A stretch of 64,000 nucleotides of DNA. Origin: Octopus vulgaris. Taxonomy: Eukaryota. Location of the stretch: contig OX597825.1 in assembly GCA_951406725.2 (NCBI GenBank), positions 72,726,001-72,790,000 of the forward strand, written 5' to 3'. The number at the start of each line of letters is the position of its first letter. Position 1 is the first letter of the stretch. Position numbers and translations under genes: made by a program. The notes beneath the pieces are model-generated. The model saw nothing but the letters and a program-made list of their open reading frames with translations. It ran no database searches and was not told the DNA's origin. Shown here in pieces: positions 57,673 to 64,000 of this stretch.

Positions 57673-59411
57673 GTGTGTCTCGAAAAAATTAGAATATCAA
57701 GAGGAAAATGAGTATTCATCATTATCATCACCATTATCATCATCATCATCATCATCATCATCTGTCTGTTTCCCGTACTGCCATGTTTTGGATGGGTCGA
57801 CAAATAGCCAATGTGACAGAGGACACTCATCCACCATCCTACCTTGCTCCAATGTCTCAAGTTTTGGCATGGTTTCTAATGACAGGATGTCCCCCTAATA
57901 CCAACCATGTTACAGAGTGTACCGGGTGCATTTTTTTTTCAATGCACCAGCACTACAGAGTCTACCTTGCTTCCAGCAATGACTAAATAAAACCTCGCTC
58001 AAGCCAAGCCTTGTTGCTGGATCAAATCAACTAACAGACTACTTACCATGGAGATGGGGGTTATGAAAGCACTGTAACCAGAATACTATGAACCTTGATG
58101 TATTTCCACAAAGTCAAATACAAAAAGATATGTATATGTATGTGTGCGTATTTGTGTGCATATATTACATGTATATATTTATTTGTGTGTGTGTATGTGT
58201 GTGTAATCTGGTTTGCCAGCTCCTGTCAAACAGTACAACCCATGCCAGCAAGGAAAACAGACATAAGACGATGCCACTGTGTTCTGAGTGCATTTTTGTG
58301 ACACCAGCACTAGTTGGGTTGCCTTGTATTTTGCAAGGTGAAAGTAATAATTCTTTCTCATTTTGATATACAGCCAATAATATTTTAAGAAGAGGTAGGT
58401 TGATTACTTCCACCCCAGTACTTATTTTATGGAGTCTAAAAGGATGAAATACAAAGCTGACCCCTCAACAGCATTTGAACTGTAAAGATGTAAAGACCCA
58501 GAAGAAGTGCCACAAAGTGTTTTGTCAGTGGGCTAACAATTCTGTTGGCTCAGCACTTTAACTCTTTAACATTAACTTTACTCCGTCAAATATAAAGCTT
58601 ATTTATTCACATTGTTTTGAACTAGTCATGCATTATCTCATGGGTTTAAGATTTCAATGATGTGATTGTTATTTTTTGAATGACATTGTATGTTAAGTGT
58701 GAGAGGCCACATCTGGCCAGTAAAACAGGTAGAATATTTGGGGCAGAAATAGCCAGTTTAAATGCTAAAGGGTTCATAATAATGGCTTCAAATTTTGGCA
58801 CAAGGCCAGTAATTTAGAGGGAGGGGATAGGTCAGTTACATCGACTCCAATATTTAAATGGTACTTATTTTATCAACCCCAAAAGGATGAAAGACAAAGT
58901 CAACGTTGGCAGAATTTGAACTCAGAATGTAAAGACAGATAAAATGCTGCTAAGCATTTTGCCCACCTTGCTAATGATTCTGCCAGCTTACCATCTTATA
59001 ATGCATTAATAATAATAATGATATCAATAATAGCAATGATAATAAATGGGGAGAAGGAAATGGAAAAGCTGGTGAAATGCAATAAAAGTATACACAGTAT
59101 ACAAAGTGCGGAATAATAAGGATGATGCTGTTCTCCTGATTCAGGAGAAACTCTAGCTAGGGCCAATCAAGGAACTACACAGATCTAGGATTACCCTGGC
59201 CATCAAAGGCATGAGATCTCTCTCTCATGCTCTCCAATCTGCAGGCACTTACTTACAATAGAGCCATTCACTCTAAACATTTTTGCCAGTCACCCATCCT
59301 TTCAAAAATTCACTGGGAAGTGGCACTTCTCTCTCTCCATCTTCACTTCCCTTTCCAAGTGGAACTTAAAAAAAGTCAGTGAGAGTTTGACCAAAAGGAA
59401 AGCGTATTTCT

Positions 59412-59639
59412 TTAACCCTTTAGTGTTTAAACCGGCCATACCAGGCCAAAATTGTCTTTCTGTTTTATGCTCAAACCTGCCAGCTCTGACCTCTCACACC
59501 TACCCTACAAAGTCATTCTAAAAATAAACAGGGACATCGTCAAAATCTCGGAGTTACAAGATGCTGTACAATTAATTTAAAACAATGTAATTAAACAGGC
59601 TTTACATTTGACAGATTAATCTGAGTACTAAAGGGTTAA
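59412..59639. mobile_element. piggyBac-type MITE (second family)
   Basis: Terminal inverted repeats TTAACCCTTTAGT...ACTAAAGGGTTAA with TTAA ends. A diverged, oppositely oriented copy lies at ~58558-58776. Confidence 0.7.
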
Positions 59640-59754
59640 TTCTTTTAGACTCATCCACCACATAACTTCTTTCACCACAGCCACTAGACAGAGGAACACC
59701 TCTTGCCCTGCCTTGCTAAAGGTGGGTGGTGGTAGGGCATGAAAAATTCTATGA

Positions 59755-60170
59755 TCACTCTTTACTCTTTTACTCTTTTACTTGCTTCAGTCATTTGACT
59801 GTGGCCATGCTGGAGCACCGCCTTCAGTCGAGCAAATCGACCCCAAGACTTATTCTTTGTAAGCCTAGTACTTATTCTATCGGTCTCTCTTGCCGAACCG
59901 CTAAGTTACGGGGACGTAAACACACCAGCATCAGTTGTCAAGCAATGTTGGGGGGGACAAACACAGACACACAAACATATACACACACATACATATATAT
60001 ACATATACATATACGACGGGGTTCTTTCAGTTTCTGTCTACCAAATCCACTCAGAAGGCTTTGGTCGGCCCGAGGCTATAGTAGAAGACACTTGCCCAAG
60101 GTGCCATGTAGTGGGACTGAACCCGGAACTATGTGGTTCGTTAGCAAGCTACTTACCACACAGCCACTCC
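59755..60170 (-). mobile_element. CORE-like SINE
   Basis: Full-length family match. Confidence 0.75.
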
Positions 60171-60814
60171 AATGCCTATCAATGAATTTTGTTTTGGGAG
60201 TTGTTTTTTTTTGGCTAGCAAGAAAAAAAAAGGGTAAAAACCAAATACCTCATATTGCAACAAAACCAAAAATGACAAAAAAAAATAATCATAAAAAAAT
60301 CTTTTAACGGAAGTGAGATTGTTAGAAAAAATGAAATTTGGAAAAGCAAAATTAAAACAAAAAAATAATGAAAAAGAAAGAACACTCGTCAAAATAACTA
60401 ACGAAGTGCTTGTTGCTTGCATGTGTGTTCATGGGGATGTGTTCATGTAGTATACATGTGTGCTGCATGTGTTTGCATACATGTGTTTGTGGGTATATTT
60501 GTGAGATTGCATGTGTGTATGTATGAGTGTATGTATATTTGTGCAAGTGTTTGTGTGTGCATATGGTTGAGTATATATGTGTGTGTGTCTGTGTCTGTGA
60601 GTGCATATAATTCATGTGATTCAATAAAAGAAATTTAAGAAATTTAGAAACTTAGGAACCATACCATTGATTCTTACGCAACAATGTATTTCACATTTGT
60701 GACCGAACTTGGCAGTGTGTGTGACAAATGTATTTGTGTACATGTGTGGGTATTTTTGACTATACATATGCTTATGCATACATGTATATATATATGTACA
60801 AATATACATTATAT

Positions 60815-60881
<67 letters not shown>

Positions 60882-60979
60882 ACATACTTGCATACATATA
60901 CATGTTTATGTATGTGTGTATGTGTGTGTATGTGTGTATGTGTGTGTGTGTGTATGTGTGTGTATGTGAGTGTGTATGT

Positions 60980-61070
<91 letters not shown>

Positions 61071-61507
61071 CACCCACAGCCTTTGTTTTCTTAATCAACT
61101 TCTGATTACTTTCATATTAAAGCTTAATATATTTTCTATTATAATCTGTTTTATATTGCTTTTTTTTGTTATTGTTACTGTAATTTGTTCTTTTTTTATC
61201 TTTTATTTTATTTTTTTTTACATCATTTTTAAACTGTTTTTCCATTTTCCTCCCCCACCCCAACTCTCAGCTGCTGCTGGTCTTTAAATCAAGATATCTT
61301 AACACTACAAATAACAACAAAGTTTTCAACACAAAGTATGGTATATATATATATATATATATATTTTTTATTGTGAATGTATAACTATTTATGTTTGTGA
61401 GTGCATGTGTGTCAAATTATTTTTTTAAGGAGGGCATCCAAACAATATCAGTTTAATAATGAGTATAGGTGTAAATTTGTTAGACTGCATACAGACACAC
61501 ACAACAC

Positions 61508-61544
<37 letters not shown>

Positions 61545-61667
61545 TACATACACACACATATACACGCACACATATTACACACATAAATATATACACCTAT
61601 ATAGATTTATATACATATATATATATCCATATATATACATACAAATTACATATGTATATACAAATGC

Positions 61668-61713
<46 letters not shown>

Positions 61714-62294
61714 AATATATATTTACACATAACTATAATATATATATATAAAATCTACAACATATATATATAAATCTATAATATATATATATATATAGAT
61801 ATAAATATATCTATAATATATATATACATACATGCATAGTCTGCACACATATACACACACCTGCAATCATACATTTACATGTCAAATATATATATATATA
61901 TAATATACCTACATACATATATGCTCACTCACACATCCACAGACACACACCTACACCTACACACACCTACACCCACACACAGAAATTATAGATAGATGTT
62001 CCACAGAAATTTGAACCACTTCAGAAGTGTTTTCTATCCTTATTGACAGGAATGTAAATAGTGAAATTAATTGAATCTAACAAAACCCCAGCAAACTTGG
62101 TAAGAAGATTAGCATACAACATGTGAAGACAAGACCAAGGTTAGAAATAAGCTGAAAATTATGTTAAGGAAGGAAAAAAAAAAAAAAAACTAACTTAAAC
62201 CAGGTAATTTTTCCCATGATGCTTCATTTATTTCAGTAATGACTCATTTTTTTTTTTTATTTTCTGTTACTGAAAATTATGATCTCTCTCTCTC

Positions 62295-62516
62295 TCTTTA
62301 CTCTCTTTTACTCTTTTACTTGTTTCGGTCATTTGACTGTGGCCATGCTGGAGCACCGCCTTTTAGTGGAGCAAATCGACCCCCAGGACTTGTTCTTTGT
62401 AAGCCTAGTACTTATTCTATCGGTCTCTCTTTTTGCTGAACTGCTAAGTTACGGGGACGTAAACACACCAGCATCGGTTGTCAAGCAATGTTGGGGGGAC
62501 AAACACAGACACACAA

Positions 62517-62613
<97 letters not shown>

Positions 62614-63374
62614 TGTATGTATATATATATATATATATATATGACGGGCTTCTTTCAGTTTCTGTCTACCAAATTCACTCACAAGTCTTTGGTCAGCCTG
62701 GGGTTATAGTAGAAGACACTTGCCCAAGGTGCTATGCAGTGGTACTGAACCTGGAACCATGTGGTTGGTAAGCAAGCTACTTACCAAACACCCACGCCTA
62801 CGACTATATGAAAAGTATATATAAAAAACATGGCTGCGCAAATGTAGGCATGGCTGTATGGAAATGTGTTTGCTTCTAAATTACATGGCTCTGGGTCTAA
62901 TCTCAACAAGTGACACTTCGGGTTAGTATCTTCTCTCATAGCCTTATATATAGAAAAATTCTTTTACTTGCTTCAGTCATTTGACTGTGGCCAAACTGGA
63001 GCACCACCTTGAAGGGTTTTGGTAGGACAAATCAATCGTAAGACTTTTTTTTTTAAGACTAGTACTTATTCTGTCAGCCTCTTTTGCTGAACTGCTAAGT
63101 TACAAGAATGTAAACAAACCAACATCAGGAACCATACCATTGATTCTTACATATAGTATGTTGCTTGATGGGGAAACAAAGACAGACACAAAGACACACA
63201 TACACACATACATATATAAATAGTATATATATATATTATATACACATACATACATATACATACATATATATATATGTATATATATACATATACATACATA
63301 TATATCATCATCATCATCATCATCGTTTAACGTCCGCTTTCCATGCTAGCATGGGTTGGAATATATATATACAT

Positions 63375-63417
<43 letters not shown>

Positions 63418-63418
63418 T

Positions 63419-63460
<42 letters not shown>

Positions 63461-63610
63461 GGGGGTTTGATTCAGTTTCCTTCAACCAAATCTACCCGCA
63501 AGGCTTTGGTCGGCCCAAGGCTATAGCAAAAGACACTTGCCTAAGGTTCCACACAGTGGGACTGAACCCGGGACCATGTGGTTGGGATGCAAGCATTTTG
63601 CCACACACCC
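62295..63610 (-). mobile_element. Two CORE-like SINE copies
   Basis: Copies at 62295-62780 and 62958-63610. Confidence 0.7.
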
Positions 63611-63613
63611 ATT

Positions 63614-63663
<50 letters not shown>

Positions 63664-63786
63664 TAGTTTGTAAAGGCTTTTTTTGCTTTGGTCCATACTC
63701 CAAAGGATGGTTCAGTGATTGGTTCTATTGATTTAAAAAATAATAACAAAAGCAAACAATATTTGTGCGCTGCAGGTCATTCACAA

Positions 63787-63820
<34 letters not shown>

Positions 63821-64000
63821 TAATTGATTGATTGGAGGGAGGGATGAGGTGGATGGGGTAGATGGATGGATAAGTGGGTGGGTGTGGATGTGTGTGTGTG
63901 TGTGTGGATATGTGTGTGGATGGATGGACACACACACACACACACACAGAGTACTACACATATGTACTTATACGTAAATAAAAACAATCTTTCATCTAGA

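Overview
Eukaryotic, AT-rich, microsatellite-saturated genomic DNA. The SINE repertoire and simple-repeat density point to an octopus (coleoid cephalopod); this is inferred from repeat style, not a database match. The window holds the 5' part of a minus-strand castor/CASZ1-like zinc-finger transcription factor gene: a large first coding exon (36626-35183) and a phase-compatible 169-nt exon about 25 kb downstream (10330-10162) that ends just before the expected first castor zinc finger. The rest is intron filled with tRNA-derived SINEs (CORE-like, Meta-like and others), RTE LINE fragments, piggyBac-, mariner- and hAT-type MITEs and simple repeats. Almost all listed ORFs are microsatellite artefacts. 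The main unexpected signal is about ten minimal type-I hammerhead ribozyme motifs (Penelope pLTR/retrozyme type) from several unrelated families. Several of them sit in or beside long fold-back inverted repeats, including a hairpin with ~178-bp arms and a hammerhead core at its apex. Short locally templated insertions are also present.
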